A stretch of DNA of 64,000 nucleotides from Sulfolobales archaeon (GCA_038867615.1 JAWBYA010000004.1:1-64000); one strand, 5' to 3'; shown: positions 37,430-48,939, counted from the stretch's first letter. Notes: generated by a model from the letters alone, not told the origin. Numbers and translations: made by a program.

Positions 37430-38509
37430 GATCCTCATGATCGATGCATAGCCAAACCTCCCCAGATCCACAGCATCTCCTGGAGAACCGCTAGCCAGGA
37501 TCAGTCTCATCCCAACAGGCTTACCCTTAGCCTCGGTGATCGCCAGTAGATCCTGTATTATATTTCTAAGAATACGCCCTGAGAGAACATGCTCCCTCGG
37601 TAGAACAACCATGTCTACTCCAGCAACACAGATTGTTGAGAACGCTATTAGATCCTTTAGAGCTATTCTCCCCTGCCTAGCCCTCTCCTTCAGAACATTA
37701 TCCTCCTCCACGGGGAGCATGAGCTCGTTATAACCAGAACTCTTAACCCTTCCTGACAGGCTTGCGATTATCTCGTTAATCCTTCTAATAGCAGCCATAG
37801 TCCCCGGCATAGGGATCTCTGTACCAGAGGATCTCTCAACAATACTAGCAACACTCTCCTCCATCCACGGTGATAAGGAGAGATCTATCCCAGCATATTT
37901 AACACCAGTGTCCATTGATGCACCACTAAGGATTTCCTCAAGCCCTTCGAGAAGCTTTCCGAGAGATTCTATATCGCCCTTCTTGACAACGAGATCCTCG
38001 AAATCAACCGCATATCTAAGTGCTACTGTGAATGATGTTTCTTCTGTAATGCTTGCAGATGCGGGGAAATAGGGGGTAAGGATTCTTGAGCCATATATGA
38101 GCGCGATTCTCGTATGGAGATCCACACCGGATCTCGAGTAAAACCTAGAGATCTTCTCATACGCGTCCTCAACATCCTCCTCACCCTTAACCAGTATTGA
38201 TGAGAATACAAAACCCAGATCTTCCATGCATTTAACAAGATCATCGATCTCTATGTTACTATCGGCATCGATATTGAAAGCACTCACAAAGATCCCTTTA
38301 ATAACGTTGACAGATCTTTTTAGCTCGAGGCACACTCTAACCAGTTCCTCTTGACTGCCGAGAGGCGGCAGCGTTATCCTCTTACTCCACACACTATACC
38401 CCTTGTTCTCGACCATCTTCACTAGGTTTAACAGTCTGCCGACTTCTAGGGAGATTTTCTCCGGATCTGTTATGTGGAGCGTGATGCTCCTGACGATCAT
38501 TTGGGTCAC
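37424..38509 (-). CDS. DUF711 (UPF0210) family protein
   Basis: TPYFP, GIDLSLSPW, GYNELMLPVEED, ICVAGVDM. Confidence 0.8.
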   Translation of the reverse strand: MTQMIVRSITLHITDPEKISLEVGRLLNLVKMVENKGYSVWSKRITLPPLGSQEELVRVCLELKRSVNVIKGIFVSAFNIDADSNIEIDDLVKCMEDLGFVFSSILVKGEEDVEDAYEKISRFYSRSGVDLHTRIALIYGSRILTPYFPASASITEETSFTVALRYAVDFEDLVVKKGDIESLGKLLEGLEEILSGASMDTGVKYAGIDLSLSPWMEESVASIVERSSGTEIPMPGTMAAIRRINEIIASLSGRVKSSGYNELMLPVEEDNVLKERARQGRIALKDLIAFSTICVAGVDMVVLPREHVLSGRILRNIIQDLLAITEAKGKPVGMRLILASGSPGDAVDLGRFGYASIMRIS

Positions 38510-38550
38510 TACATATTATACCCAGCAGACCTAATAACAATTGGTCAGGC

Positions 38551-39216
38551 TTGAAGCTGGTAATCCTGGATCTCGATGGTGTGATAGTCAAGATCAAGAG
38601 CTCGTGGGAGTATATGCATAGCTATTTTGGATCGTCTCAAAACGAGATCTATAACATATATTCAAGGCTATACTCCAGTGGGAGGATAAGCTATCTAGAG
38701 TGGATGAAGGCCGATATAGAGCATCTATTGAGGAATGTTGGGAGACCCATATATAGAAAGGATCTTGATGATGCTTTCTCTAGGGTGGAGTTCTACGAGC
38801 ACTCCTTCGAAATACTAGATCTAGTTAGAAGAAGGGGTGCAAGAGCAGCCATAGTCAGTGGGGGTGTAAACCTCATGGCGTTTAGAGCTGCAAGGGAACT
38901 TGGAATAAGGTATGTATTATCAAATATACTTGTCTTCGATGAGGATGAAAAGCTACAGCCAGGAGGAATACCCCAGGTGGAGCCTCTGAAGAAGGGATAT
39001 GTTGTTAGAAAATTATTAAGATCGCTTGGTATCGAGCCCAGCAGAGCCATGTTTATAGGCGACTCCCACTGGGATTACCCGGCATTTCACGAGGTGGGTA
39101 GCCCTGTATTGTTTAGCGACAGCGGTGGTGACCCTGGGCAGCTCGATCCGAGGGTATATATAGCAAGAGATCCCGGGGATCTAGTTAGAGCTGTCTCAAA
39201 ATTCCTCTCCCAATAG
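38551..39216 (+). CDS. HAD-IB phosphatase, phosphoserine-phosphatase-like
   Basis: DLDGV, SSW, VSGG, K, GDSHWD. Confidence 0.85.
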   Translation: MKLVILDLDGVIVKIKSSWEYMHSYFGSSQNEIYNIYSRLYSSGRISYLEWMKADIEHLLRNVGRPIYRKDLDDAFSRVEFYEHSFEILDLVRRRGARAAIVSGGVNLMAFRAARELGIRYVLSNILVFDEDEKLQPGGIPQVEPLKKGYVVRKLLRSLGIEPSRAMFIGDSHWDYPAFHEVGSPVLFSDSGGDPGQLDPRVYIARDPGDLVRAVSKFLSQ

Positions 39217-39238
39217 CTTAGCGATTGGTTGCTATAAC

Positions 39239-40282
39239 TTAAGGTGTAAGATCCCACGAGATCTTTCCACTGAGGTATTCATCAACAGCCTGGGCGGCTT
39301 TTAGGCCTGATGCTATGGCATTCCCTATAAGGCTGGGGCCTGTAACCACATCTCCTGCAGCGAATACTCCCTTCATAGTTGTTCTCATCTTCTTATCAAC
39401 CCATATCGTGTTATCTGGGTTTATCTTCAGCTCCTTATTCATTATGGGCGGCGTCGGGATCTCGCCAATAGCTATGAGGGCCGCGTCTATTTCTAGCACA
39501 AACTCCGAGCCTTCTATGGGTACTGGTCTCGGTCTCCCGCTCTTATCAGGCTCTCCCAGTCTCATTCTTATCAACTCTACCCCTGTTACCCCTTTCTCTC
39601 TATCGCCTATGAATCTCTTTGGAGTTGCAAGTTCGATCCATGTGATCCCTGCTTTTATGAGGTTCTCAATCTCGTGCCTCCTTGCGGGAGCCTCGTTAAT
39701 AGTCCTCCTATAGATCATATAGACAGTCTCAGCACCAAGCCTCTTTGACACAGCTGCGGCATCAACAGCTGTTAGACCAGCGCCTATAACAGCAACCCTC
39801 CTACCAAGGGGTGGGAGATCCTCTGGCCTCTCATAACCAGCCTCGACTCTGCAGTAGTGGAATAGATAGTGGAAGGCCGGGTATACCCTCGGGAGATCCT
39901 CCCCCTCCACGTTAAGCCTCCTCTCAGCCCAGGTACCTGTAGCTATTATTACAGCATCGTACCCCTTGAGGATCTCGTTAAAACCAATCTCACCCTCCCT
40001 AACACCCTGGCCAGGAACCACCTTTGTCCTCATATGAAACCTAACTCCAAGCATAGCTAGCTCATGCGTACCCTCCCTAACATTCTTTTTGGGGATCCTG
40101 AAATCAGGGATTCCGTAGATCAAAAGCCCTCCCGGCTCCTCCATCATATCATACACATGAACCTCATGCCCCCTGCATATAAGGAACCCAGCAGCGGCGA
40201 GTCCCGCAGGACCCGCACCTATTATCGCAACCATCTTACCGCTCTTCTGTGTGGGGAGAGATTTGCAGCGCGAAAATCTCAC
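39239..40282 (-). CDS. Stand-alone GltD-like FAD/NAD(P)H oxidoreductase lacking the N-terminal Fe-S domain
   Basis: GAGPAG, GGLLIYGIPDFR, GAGLTAVDAA, YRR, FAAGDVVTGP. Confidence 0.88.
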   Translation of the reverse strand: MRFSRCKSLPTQKSGKMVAIIGAGPAGLAAAGFLICRGHEVHVYDMMEEPGGLLIYGIPDFRIPKKNVREGTHELAMLGVRFHMRTKVVPGQGVREGEIGFNEILKGYDAVIIATGTWAERRLNVEGEDLPRVYPAFHYLFHYCRVEAGYERPEDLPPLGRRVAVIGAGLTAVDAAAVSKRLGAETVYMIYRRTINEAPARRHEIENLIKAGITWIELATPKRFIGDREKGVTGVELIRMRLGEPDKSGRPRPVPIEGSEFVLEIDAALIAIGEIPTPPIMNKELKINPDNTIWVDKKMRTTMKGVFAAGDVVTGPSLIGNAIASGLKAAQAVDEYLSGKISWDLTP

Positions 40283-40721
40283 AGAAAGCCCCGATATATA
40301 TTTGTTTATAACTATTATATACTCTAGGGCCTTTTCTTTACACTTAGCCTTTCTAGACCTCTAGGTCATGGACTATTAAGATCACAGAGAAAAAGTTTAT
40401 ACCTATATATGTTGATGGTTCACGCTTAATAGAAGTTTATATTAAGCGATCTAGTTAGGGGTTTTGACCCGAGATCTTAGAGCTTTTTAGTCGATTCTAA
40501 ATCATTAGATCCTGTTTTAGTGATGATTCTAACTCGTAGTTCCGTTTCTAATATGGGGATAACTCTGTGGCTTGCATTTCTATACTGGTTGGGTATTTGA
40601 TCAATATTGTGGTTAGGCATGTCCAAGAATGATTATAGTATTACGGATTATATGCTATACATCAAAAATCAGGGGATCTGTGAAAGACTGATTATAAAGC
40701 TCGACGGAATCCTACATGGTG

Positions 40722-41324
40722 TTAGATGTTTTGCCTGTTTGTTCTCTTTCCCTCTACTGTGAATTTTATTACCCCAACACCCATGCTATTTAGACTCACA
40801 TTATAACCTAGCTCTTCGAATAGGTTTTTTATGAATGTGTATGTGATCTTTGTTGTTATCTCGCTTCTGCCTGCACCAACAAGCTTTATCTCCATGGTGT
40901 TGGGGGCTATCTTATCTACAGAGATCTCCTTTAGTGCGAAAACCTTAGAGGCCTTCGAGACTGTTTCTATTAGGGACTCTATATCCCCTTCGTAATACCC
41001 CTTAATAATCGATCCAACCCTCTTACCCCAAAGCGCTACTTCTTCGTCAAGCTTCTCTACGCAGGGCTCGCCGCACATACAGGCTTTTGTGACGAGGCTT
41101 TCGAAGAGATCCATAGGAAGTATTACAGGATCTACAAATGAGGCTATCTTCATAGCCACCATGAGCTTCTTCAGATCCCTTGGCATCATGCCCATCTCAA
41201 GAAGATCACCAGCAACACTCAGGGCTTCGGACGAAAAGCTCGATATAACGAGGTTAAACCTTTTAGCAAGCGTGGAGATCCTCTTCGCTATGGAATCATC
41301 AACAGCAACAGTGGTTCTAGGCAA
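40722..41324 (-). CDS. Hypothetical protein; possible N-terminal ribbon-helix-helix plus V4R-like alpha/beta domain
   Basis: PRTTVAVDDSIAKRISTLAKR N-terminus; RBS GGGTG before CTG/TTG at 41327/41324. Confidence 0.6.
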   Translation of the reverse strand: MPRTTVAVDDSIAKRISTLAKRFNLVISSFSSEALSVAGDLLEMGMMPRDLKKLMVAMKIASFVDPVILPMDLFESLVTKACMCGEPCVEKLDEEVALWGKRVGSIIKGYYEGDIESLIETVSKASKVFALKEISVDKIAPNTMEIKLVGAGRSEITTKITYTFIKNLFEELGYNVSLNSMGVGVIKFTVEGKRTNRQNI

Positions 41325-41700
41325 CAGTATGCACCCATATATATTATTAGCAGGGCTAATAATAAAGATGAAGCCTACAGATAACATGTTGAAATAAGAC
41401 GTCGGTGTAGCTAACCTTATAATGCTCTATAACATTGGCTTGCCCATAGTTAAGGTTTTATAGAAGCAATTGATACTCGCCTCATCAAGCCTGCTGAGCA
41501 TGTCACGGCTAATTTGATGCTTCCCATGCCTCATTTCCCTGCCGGCTATATAAGTTATCAGTTAAATCCCATGATGCTATCACCGATGCAGTAATAAGAC
41601 GAATGAAAAGCTAGCCAAGCAGCGTCTAACAGGTTGAGATCTGTAGAGCATGAGTCCTTATCTATAAATGGTTGTTATCAAGATTCTTTTGGGAAGGTTG

Positions 41701-42687
41701 ATGTCAGGAGAGATTGTGCAGCTGCTATGGACTGAGAAGTATAGACCCAGAACTCTTGATGATGTTGTTAATCAGAGCGATGTTGTTGCAAGGCTCAAGG
41801 TGTTTGTTAAGGAGAAGAACATGCCACACCTACTCTTCACGGGACCTCCTGGTGTTGGCAAGACTACCGTGGCTTTAGCGCTTGTCCACGACCTCTATGG
41901 TGAGGGTTATAGGAGATATGTTCTCGAGATGAATGCTTCTGATGAGAGGGGTATAGATGTTATTAGAACCAAAGTTAAGGAGTTCGCTAGATCTGCTGTT
42001 GTTGGCGATGTTCCTTTCAAGGTGATAATACTCGATGAGGCTGACAATATGACTGCAGATGCTCAGCAAGCACTTAGGAGGCTTATGGAGATGTATGTAT
42101 CAACGACAAGGTTTATATTGATGGCTAACTATTCTTCAAAGATTATAGAGCCTATCCAGAGTAGATGTGCTGTCTTTAGGTTCAGCCCCCTATCGAGGGA
42201 GGATGTTGTTAAAAGGCTTAGGGAGATTGCTGAGAAAGAGGGTGTGAACTATGAACCAGAGTCGCTGGATGCTATATATGATATAACCGAGGGCGATATG
42301 AGAAGGGCTATAAACATACTGCAGGCAGCCGCCGCGCTTGGTAAGGTTACTGTATCTTCTGTCTATAAGGTTGTGGGCCTAGCCCATCCCAAAGAGATCA
42401 GGGAGATGATCCGGCTGGCTCTTGAGGGTAACTTTACAGAGGCTAGGGAGAGGCTGAGAAAGGTTATGATAGAATACGGTTTATCAGGGATCGATGTTAT
42501 AAGACAGATCCACAGGGAGATCTTCGATCCCGAGGTGAAGATAGACGAGGATCTCAGGGTGTATATAGCTGACTATGCTGGCGAGATAAACTATAGACTC
42601 ATAGAGGGCTCGGATGACGAGATCCAGCTCAGCGCCTTTCTAGCAAGGCTCGTACTATTGGGGAGGAAGCTTGGCACTGGGAAGTAG
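41701..42687 (+). CDS. rfcS: Replication factor C small subunit
   Basis: [32 protein letters not shown]; no intein. Confidence 0.97.
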   Translation: MSGEIVQLLWTEKYRPRTLDDVVNQSDVVARLKVFVKEKNMPHLLFTGPPGVGKTTVALALVHDLYGEGYRRYVLEMNASDERGIDVIRTKVKEFARSAVVGDVPFKVIILDEADNMTADAQQALRRLMEMYVSTTRFILMANYSSKIIEPIQSRCAVFRFSPLSREDVVKRLREIAEKEGVNYEPESLDAIYDITEGDMRRAINILQAAAALGKVTVSSVYKVVGLAHPKEIREMIRLALEGNFTEARERLRKVMIEYGLSGIDVIRQIHREIFDPEVKIDEDLRVYIADYAGEINYRLIEGSDDEIQLSAFLARLVLLGRKLGTGK

Positions 42688-44080
42688 CAATATCCCCTGG
42701 ATATTTAAATACAGGCCTAGAACCCTCTCGGACTATATTGATCAGGATGAGGCTAAGAACAAACTCATAGAGTGGATCAAGAGATTCCCCAATACAGAGT
42801 ATAAAGCAGTCCTTCTCTACGGCCCCCCAGGGACTGGGAAGACAACCCTTGTTGAGTGCCTAGCAAGGGATCTTGGATACGAGGTTGTCGAGATGAATGC
42901 AAGTGATTTTAGGAGAATGCAGGATATAGAGAGGATAGCCATAGCATCTGCCGACAAGGCCGGTCTCTTTGGGAGGAGAAGGCTTATCCTTCTAGACGAG
43001 GTTGATGGGATAAATGCGAAAGCAGATCTTGGGGGGTTGGAGGCTGTGCTCAGGCTTATAGAGGTCACGAGGGTTCCTGTTATAATGACAGCCAATGACC
43101 CATGGTCGCCTAATCTAAGGCCTTTGAGGAATGTGTCGCTAGCTATAGAGGTTAAGAAGCTCTCTGAGGGTAATGTTGTTAAGCTTTTGAAGAAGATCTG
43201 TCTCTCAGAGAAGATCGAGTGCGATGATGAGGCTCTCAAAGAGATTGCCAGGAGATCTGAGGGGGATCTTAGATCAGCTATAAACGATCTCGAGTCTGTT
43301 GCTAGAGGCGTAAAGAAGATCAGCCTGGACTATGTGAGGGAGGTGCTCGGCTACAGGGATAGGGAGAGGAACCCGTTCGAGACTCTAGGAAGGATCTTTA
43401 GTGCTAGGAGTGCAAGAGCGGCTAAAGCAGCTGCTGGGAGTAGTCAGCTTGATAACGAGATGCTTATGCAGTGGATTAATGAGAACATACCAGCCCAGAT
43501 GCAGGATCCCGAGGATCTATGGAGAGCCTATGAGGCACTCTCAAGAGCTGATGTCTATATGGGTAGGATTGTGAAGACGGGCAACTGGGATCTATTGTCA
43601 TACGCTATAGATCTGATGAGCGCTGGCGTTGCCATGGCTAAGAAGAGTACTGAGAGGAGATGGGTTAGCTATAGGTTTCCCGAGAAGATAAGGCTTATGA
43701 TGAGGACTAAAGAGGCTAGAGGAGTTAGAGATGATATTGCAAGACTGATCGCCTCCCATGACAAGATCTCCACGTCCACTGCTAAGAACCATGTTATACC
43801 ATATCTAATGATAATATTTAGAAACAACCCCACAGAGGCTGCTAAAATAGCTCTTGGGATGAAGATGAGCGACACCATGATCGAATACCTAGCCGGGCCA
43901 AGGGCTAAGGAGGTAATATCGATCGTGAAGGAGCTTGAGAAAAAGATCCCGTCTAGAGAGTCTGTAGAGAAAAAACAAGTCGAGGCAAAAACAGAGTCTA
44001 AGAAGCCAGAGCAACAGCCGAAGACACGTAAGGAGGAGAAGCCCGGCAAGGGGGTAGGGCTGGATAGGTTTATCAAATGA
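42671..44080 (+). CDS. rfcL: Replication factor C large subunit
   Basis: [35 protein letters not shown]-terminal PIP-like LDRF. Confidence 0.96.
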   Translation: MALGSSNIPWIFKYRPRTLSDYIDQDEAKNKLIEWIKRFPNTEYKAVLLYGPPGTGKTTLVECLARDLGYEVVEMNASDFRRMQDIERIAIASADKAGLFGRRRLILLDEVDGINAKADLGGLEAVLRLIEVTRVPVIMTANDPWSPNLRPLRNVSLAIEVKKLSEGNVVKLLKKICLSEKIECDDEALKEIARRSEGDLRSAINDLESVARGVKKISLDYVREVLGYRDRERNPFETLGRIFSARSARAAKAAAGSSQLDNEMLMQWINENIPAQMQDPEDLWRAYEALSRADVYMGRIVKTGNWDLLSYAIDLMSAGVAMAKKSTERRWVSYRFPEKIRLMMRTKEARGVRDDIARLIASHDKISTSTAKNHVIPYLMIIFRNNPTEAAKIALGMKMSDTMIEYLAGPRAKEVISIVKELEKKIPSRESVEKKQVEAKTESKKPEQQPKTRKEEKPGKGVGLDRFIK

Positions 44081-44099
44081 GTCTGCGGCAGAATATCCC

Positions 44100-44609
44100 A
44101 GACTGATTGTTACGGCAAGGGTTGGTAAGGAGGAGAGGGCTAAAAGAGAGCTTGAAGATCTTCTATATAGGGTTGATCCTCATGTGAGGGTTACCCATAC
44201 GGAGTATAGGGATGTTCTCCTAGTATTCTCAAGAGAGGATAGCGCCAAGATCTTCGAGGAGGTTAGGAGAAGACCCCCATATTCTGTAGCGAGGGCTGTT
44301 AGGATAGATAGGTGCTGTAAAGCCGCTATAGATGATATTGTGAGAACATGCCTAGAGCTTGGGAAAAAACTGCTCTCTAGGAGGGAGAGGTTGAGGGTTG
44401 AGTGTGTAAAAAGAGGTTCGGCGATCGAGAGCTGCAGAGCCGTTGAAATAGCCGTGGGGATATCGATGGAAAAGGCTGGGCTAGCCATAGCAGATCCTAA
44501 GAACCCCTCCAGAGTGATCAAGATAGAGTTGATAGGAGATCTAGCATGTATAGGTATAATCAAGCCGGGTGATGACAAGCTTCATAGGCTCCCAATAACA
44601 CCTCGATAG
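44100..44609 (+). CDS. THUMP-domain protein; coding frame extends upstream of ORF-track start 44184, true start unresolved
   Basis: Upstream in-frame RLIVTARVGKEERAKRELEDLL; VECVKRG..VEIAVG..DPKNPSRVIKIE. Confidence 0.75.
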   Translation, partial: RLIVTARVGKEERAKRELEDLLYRVDPHVRVTHTEYRDVLLVFSREDSAKIFEEVRRRPPYSVARAVRIDRCCKAAIDDIVRTCLELGKKLLSRRERLRVECVKRGSAIESCRAVEIAVGISMEKAGLAIADPKNPSRVIKIELIGDLACIGIIKPGDDKLHRLPITPR

Positions 44610-44916
44610 ATGTGATACAATATTATCTCAAGATCCTTAACACGTTTCCATCTACCCTCAATATCCCTTGTGCTTGTTGTTAGCTTCTTTTTATCAAAGA
44701 GCCTTCATCTAACTCGCAGGGATCTCTTTTTATCTCCGCAGCTCACAGATCACGATATAGTTAAACGATACAAGATCCTGACTGCAGGATTTCTAAGCAG
44801 CTTAAATGTTATGGTGTGGGGAACAGATCAAAGGAAGTGGTAATAACGCCACATAGGATCCTATAGATCGTGGGTGTTCTGTTTATATAGCTGTTGGAAA
44901 CATCTATTGGGGAGCC

Positions 44917-45489
44917 ATGATCTACACGGTTATTCGTGGAGTAATGAGGGTTTCAGGGATCATAGCTTCAGCGATATTCTGGATCTTCACCTTTATATCT
45001 ATAAGCCGCAATACTTGGTTTAATTTCTATAGAGATGCCTTCAGCGATCTGGGAGGATCTCGCGCCAGTGATCCCTGGATCTATAACTACGGGCTTATAG
45101 CGGCATCGATCTTTGTAATTCTCCTCTCCCTTGATATGATACTGATCTCGAGAACAAAGATCGGTGTTGTAGGCGGATCCTACATATCGATCGCCGGGAT
45201 CTTCCTAGCCTTGATAGGGATCTTCCCAGCCGGGACAAGGCCCCACACGTTTGTCTCTACATGGTTCTTTATCCAAGCATTCATAGGTTTTCTTATATAC
45301 GGTTTGGGCGAGTTTAGAAAATACCCGGGCTATCTAGCGACTATCATGGTGATATTTATAGCAGCTCTCTCGGGAGCGATTATGATCAGATGGCCATCTG
45401 CGGCTACCATCGAGGCCTATGAGATCGTCTTACTAACCATAGCTTCTCTAGTGTATATCGCTAAACATAAGCTCCATAATCTTGTGTAA
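44917..45489 (+). CDS. DUF998-like membrane protein
   Basis: WFNF..AFSDLG, YNYGL, GIFP..PH..S..FF; about 6 TM. Confidence 0.75.
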   Translation: MIYTVIRGVMRVSGIIASAIFWIFTFISISRNTWFNFYRDAFSDLGGSRASDPWIYNYGLIAASIFVILLSLDMILISRTKIGVVGGSYISIAGIFLALIGIFPAGTRPHTFVSTWFFIQAFIGFLIYGLGEFRKYPGYLATIMVIFIAALSGAIMIRWPSAATIEAYEIVLLTIASLVYIAKHKLHNLV

Positions 45490-45620
45490 AAGAGTAACCA
45501 TGAGGCCTAGAACTCTTAGGTGTGTTATGATTATATTTAGAGAGCCATAGCTAATACTCTCACCGAAGGGTTAGGGTTTTGTGGAAAAAGTTGTCTAGAG
45601 GGCTGGTTTTACCAGACGTG

Positions 45621-46901
45621 TTATGACATGACTTTTTCTTCCTCAAGGTGGAAATCGAGAGCGTCGAGCTCGACTCTCCTCTTATCCTTCCAGAACTCTG
45701 GGTCTGAGATCTCTTTTTTATACTCATGCTGGATTATTAGCTTCATAATCTCGTTAGTACCTGTCCAGATCATGCCGAGACGTATATCGCGTAGGAACCT
45801 CTCCACAGGATATACAGTTGTATAGCCTATCCCACCAAGGATCTGCATCGCATTGTTAACCACTCTCCACGCAACCTCGGTTGAGTTCAGCTTAGCCATA
45901 GAGACTAGCTTCCTAACATAGCTAAGAGAAACTTCTCCCCGCTCCATGGAATCAGCAGCCCTAGCTGCAGTATATACAAGCGCTGTAGCGTGAGATATGT
46001 CAGTTATGCTCTCAGCTACCATGAAGCTGATCGCTTCATGCTCTATCAGCGGTTTACCAAAAGCCTTTCTCCTCATAGCATAACTTGCAGCCAGCTCGAT
46101 AGCAGCGCTTGCTACTCCTAGAGACCCTGCAGCTGTCGTAAGACGCTCAGGGATCATCATTCTGTTAAACACCTCATACCCACCGTTAAGATCCCCGATC
46201 AGGTTATCCGCGGGAACCTCAGCGTTTTTGAACACTATCCTCGCAGTACCTCCTCCCCTGGTTCCCATCAACCCATACACTGTTGCTACATGGAGACCAG
46301 GTGTTTCCCGATCTACGATGAACGCGCTGATACCCTTTGTACGCGGAGTTGCCGAAGGATCTGTTATTGCGAAGGTGACGAAGAAGTCGGCCCCTACCCC
46401 TCCTACAATGAATCTTTTCTGCCCGTTGAGGATAAACTTATCCCCCTTCTTCTCTGCCGTTGTTCTCATCATTCCAAAGAGATCCGAACCGCCTGAGGGC
46501 TCTGTAATAGCCTCTGCTCCGTATCTCCTACCACTGGTTATCCCGCGGAGGTATTTTTCCTTCTGCTCTTTGGTTCCAAAACGATATATGGGCTCGCCAA
46601 CAATGGTTCCGAGGGAGTAGATACAGCCCAGCGTATAACCCAGTCTACCCACCTCCTCAACTGCAGCCATATCAGCAACCCAGCTCGCACCACGCCCCCC
46701 ATATTCCCTTGGAAACCGTAGCCCGACTATGCCGGCTTTCGTAACTATGTCGATGAACTCTCTGGGGAATCTAACCTTCTCCAGCTCCATATCCCTGATA
46801 AGCTGGCTGGGGATCTCTTTCACCACTTTTCTTACCTCGTACTTGATCCTCCTCTCCTCCTCGGTTAGAAGGAAATCCTCCATAATATCATCACCCAGCA
46901 A
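45621..46901 (-). CDS. Acyl-CoA dehydrogenase (probable start ATG 46883)
   Basis: ITEPSGGSD, LNGQKRFI, ERL, RKAFGKPL, QILGGIGY, GTNEI. Confidence 0.93.
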   Translation of the reverse strand: MLGDDIMEDFLLTEEERRIKYEVRKVVKEIPSQLIRDMELEKVRFPREFIDIVTKAGIVGLRFPREYGGRGASWVADMAAVEEVGRLGYTLGCIYSLGTIVGEPIYRFGTKEQKEKYLRGITSGRRYGAEAITEPSGGSDLFGMMRTTAEKKGDKFILNGQKRFIVGGVGADFFVTFAITDPSATPRTKGISAFIVDRETPGLHVATVYGLMGTRGGGTARIVFKNAEVPADNLIGDLNGGYEVFNRMMIPERLTTAAGSLGVASAAIELAASYAMRRKAFGKPLIEHEAISFMVAESITDISHATALVYTAARAADSMERGEVSLSYVRKLVSMAKLNSTEVAWRVVNNAMQILGGIGYTTVYPVERFLRDIRLGMIWTGTNEIMKLIIQHEYKKEISDPEFWKDKRRVELDALDFHLEEEKVMS

Positions 46902-47007
46902 CTCTACCCTTCAATGCTTTTTTATCAATCTTCCTCATCCCTGTCATGGGTATGCTGTTAATCCAGCTAAAAACCTGGATAAACCCGATATATAGGCTTC
47001 CTCGCAT

Positions 47008-48741
47008 ATGAGGTTTGGGTGGAATATACTGGGTAAGTGGATTGTTACAGCTGCCTGGCCATATATAAATAGTGTGCTCCACCTAGGCACCATACTGCAC
47101 CTGCTCGGCGCAGATATAATGACTAGGTTTCTCAGGCTCCTCGGCGAGGATGTGGTTTCCGTGTCAGGTTCCGATGAGCATGGAACGCCGATAGAGGTTG
47201 AGGCTAGGAGGAAGAATATAGATCCTAAGAAGCTTACTGACGAGGCTCACGCGTATGTTACGGAGATCCTGAGGAGATGGGGTATAGAGCTGGATAACTA
47301 TTCTAGAACGGAATCGCCTGTCCATAAGAGGTTTGTCAGGGACTTCATGTTAGGGCTTGAGGAGAAGGGCTATATATTCACACAGAAGATGGTTCTACCA
47401 TACTGCGAGAGGGATAAGATCTTTCTCCCAGACAGGTTTATCGAGGGAAAATGCCCCAGGTGTGGATATCCCAATGCTAGGGGTGATCAGTGTGATAGCT
47501 GCGGAGCCCTTCTAGATCCTCTAGATCTTATATCGCCTAGATGTGCTATATGTGGCTCCAAACCTGTTCTTAGAGAGACTACCCACTGGTTCTTCGACCT
47601 AAGGGCGCTTGAGGATAAGGTGAGGAGATGGCTCGAAAACCACGGGGAGCTCTGGGATAATGTGAAGAACTACTCGCTTAGATGGATTAAGGAGGGTCTT
47701 AAACCAAGATCGATTACCAGGGATAATGCTTGGGGTATAGAGGCTCCTTTCAAGGGAGCTGAGGGTAAGACTATATATGTGTGGTTCGAAGCCCTTCTAG
47801 GCTATCTATCAGCCTCGAAGGAGGTTCTTGAGAGGAGTGGTAGGAATTTTGAGGAGTTCTGGTACGATGAGAACACCAAGACGATCTATTTTATTGGGAA
47901 GGATAATATACCATTCCACGCAGTGATCCTGCCTGCAATGCTAATGGCGAGCGACGAGAGATATAGACTACCCAGCATAATATCAGCTACAGAGTATCTC
48001 CTCTACGAAGGGGAGAAGTTCAGCAAGAGTAGAAGGATCGGTTTGTGGGCTGACGAGGCTCTATATATAATAAATGATCCCGATTACTGGAGGTTCGCAC
48101 TAGCGAGAATAAGGCCTGAAGAGAGGGATACTAACTTTAGCTGGAGGGAGTTCATTAAGATCGTTAACTCAGAGCTCAACGACGATATTGGGAACTATAT
48201 CAACAGGGTTCTAACATTTATTGAGAAGCACTTCGACTCAACAATACCAAAGCCTCGAGAGCTAGACAACACGGATCAGGAGTTCATGGATCGTGTGTGG
48301 CTCCACTACTCAGAATATATAGATAGCATGCTCAAAACAAAGATCAAACACGCATCGGAACAGATACTAGAGATAGCTAGAGCAGGGAACCAGTATCTCA
48401 ACAAAAGAGCCCCATGGGATGAGGTTAGAATCGATAGAGAGAGGGCGGGAACCACCATGTATGTCGCTGCAAACACAGTAGCACTCATAGCCCTAACACT
48501 ATACCCATTAACACCTAACGCTGCTAAAAGAATATGGAGAATGCTAGGATACGAAGAACCTTTAGAGAGATCCAGATACCCCTTGCAAAAGAGCTTCATA
48601 ATCCCACCGGGGAGAAAAATAGGAAGAGTAGAACCCCTCTTCAAAAAACTCCCCCACAACTTCATCGAAAGAATAGAAAAGATCATTGTAGAGGCTAGAG
48701 AAAAGGCCCAGAAAGAGAGGCCTGAGTATCTAAGGTTCTGA
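47008..48741 (+). CDS. metG: Methionyl-tRNA synthetase (short form, no C-terminal Trbp domain)
   Basis: AWPY..HLGT, SGSDEHGTPI, Zn knuckles, YVWFEA, GKDNIPFH, KFSKS. Confidence 0.96.
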   Translation: MRFGWNILGKWIVTAAWPYINSVLHLGTILHLLGADIMTRFLRLLGEDVVSVSGSDEHGTPIEVEARRKNIDPKKLTDEAHAYVTEILRRWGIELDNYSRTESPVHKRFVRDFMLGLEEKGYIFTQKMVLPYCERDKIFLPDRFIEGKCPRCGYPNARGDQCDSCGALLDPLDLISPRCAICGSKPVLRETTHWFFDLRALEDKVRRWLENHGELWDNVKNYSLRWIKEGLKPRSITRDNAWGIEAPFKGAEGKTIYVWFEALLGYLSASKEVLERSGRNFEEFWYDENTKTIYFIGKDNIPFHAVILPAMLMASDERYRLPSIISATEYLLYEGEKFSKSRRIGLWADEALYIINDPDYWRFALARIRPEERDTNFSWREFIKIVNSELNDDIGNYINRVLTFIEKHFDSTIPKPRELDNTDQEFMDRVWLHYSEYIDSMLKTKIKHASEQILEIARAGNQYLNKRAPWDEVRIDRERAGTTMYVAANTVALIALTLYPLTPNAAKRIWRMLGYEEPLERSRYPLQKSFIIPPGRKIGRVEPLFKKLPHNFIERIEKIIVEAREKAQKERPEYLRF

Positions 48742-48939
48742 TCCTTGATGATATTGATATTCGTACAATAAAGAAACAGAGATCCACTTAAACATTAAAA
48801 ACTATCGCAGCATGTAGTTTCTGTTTTCATAAAAAACTATAGCGATTATTTATCAACCATTTTGCAACCCTTAGTTGTCTTATAGCCCGTATTTTAAAAT
48901 TATTATCTTTTTCAGAACTACCAGCTTTTATATCTGTCT

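Noticed and set aside
40520-40580. Other TGATGA-containing spacers as C/D sRNAs (also about 31447, 48746, 60277)
   Set aside because: No correctly spaced D', C' and CTGA boxes.
41668-44080. Inteins in RFC subunits
   Set aside because: Both proteins are normal length with uninterrupted Walker A regions.
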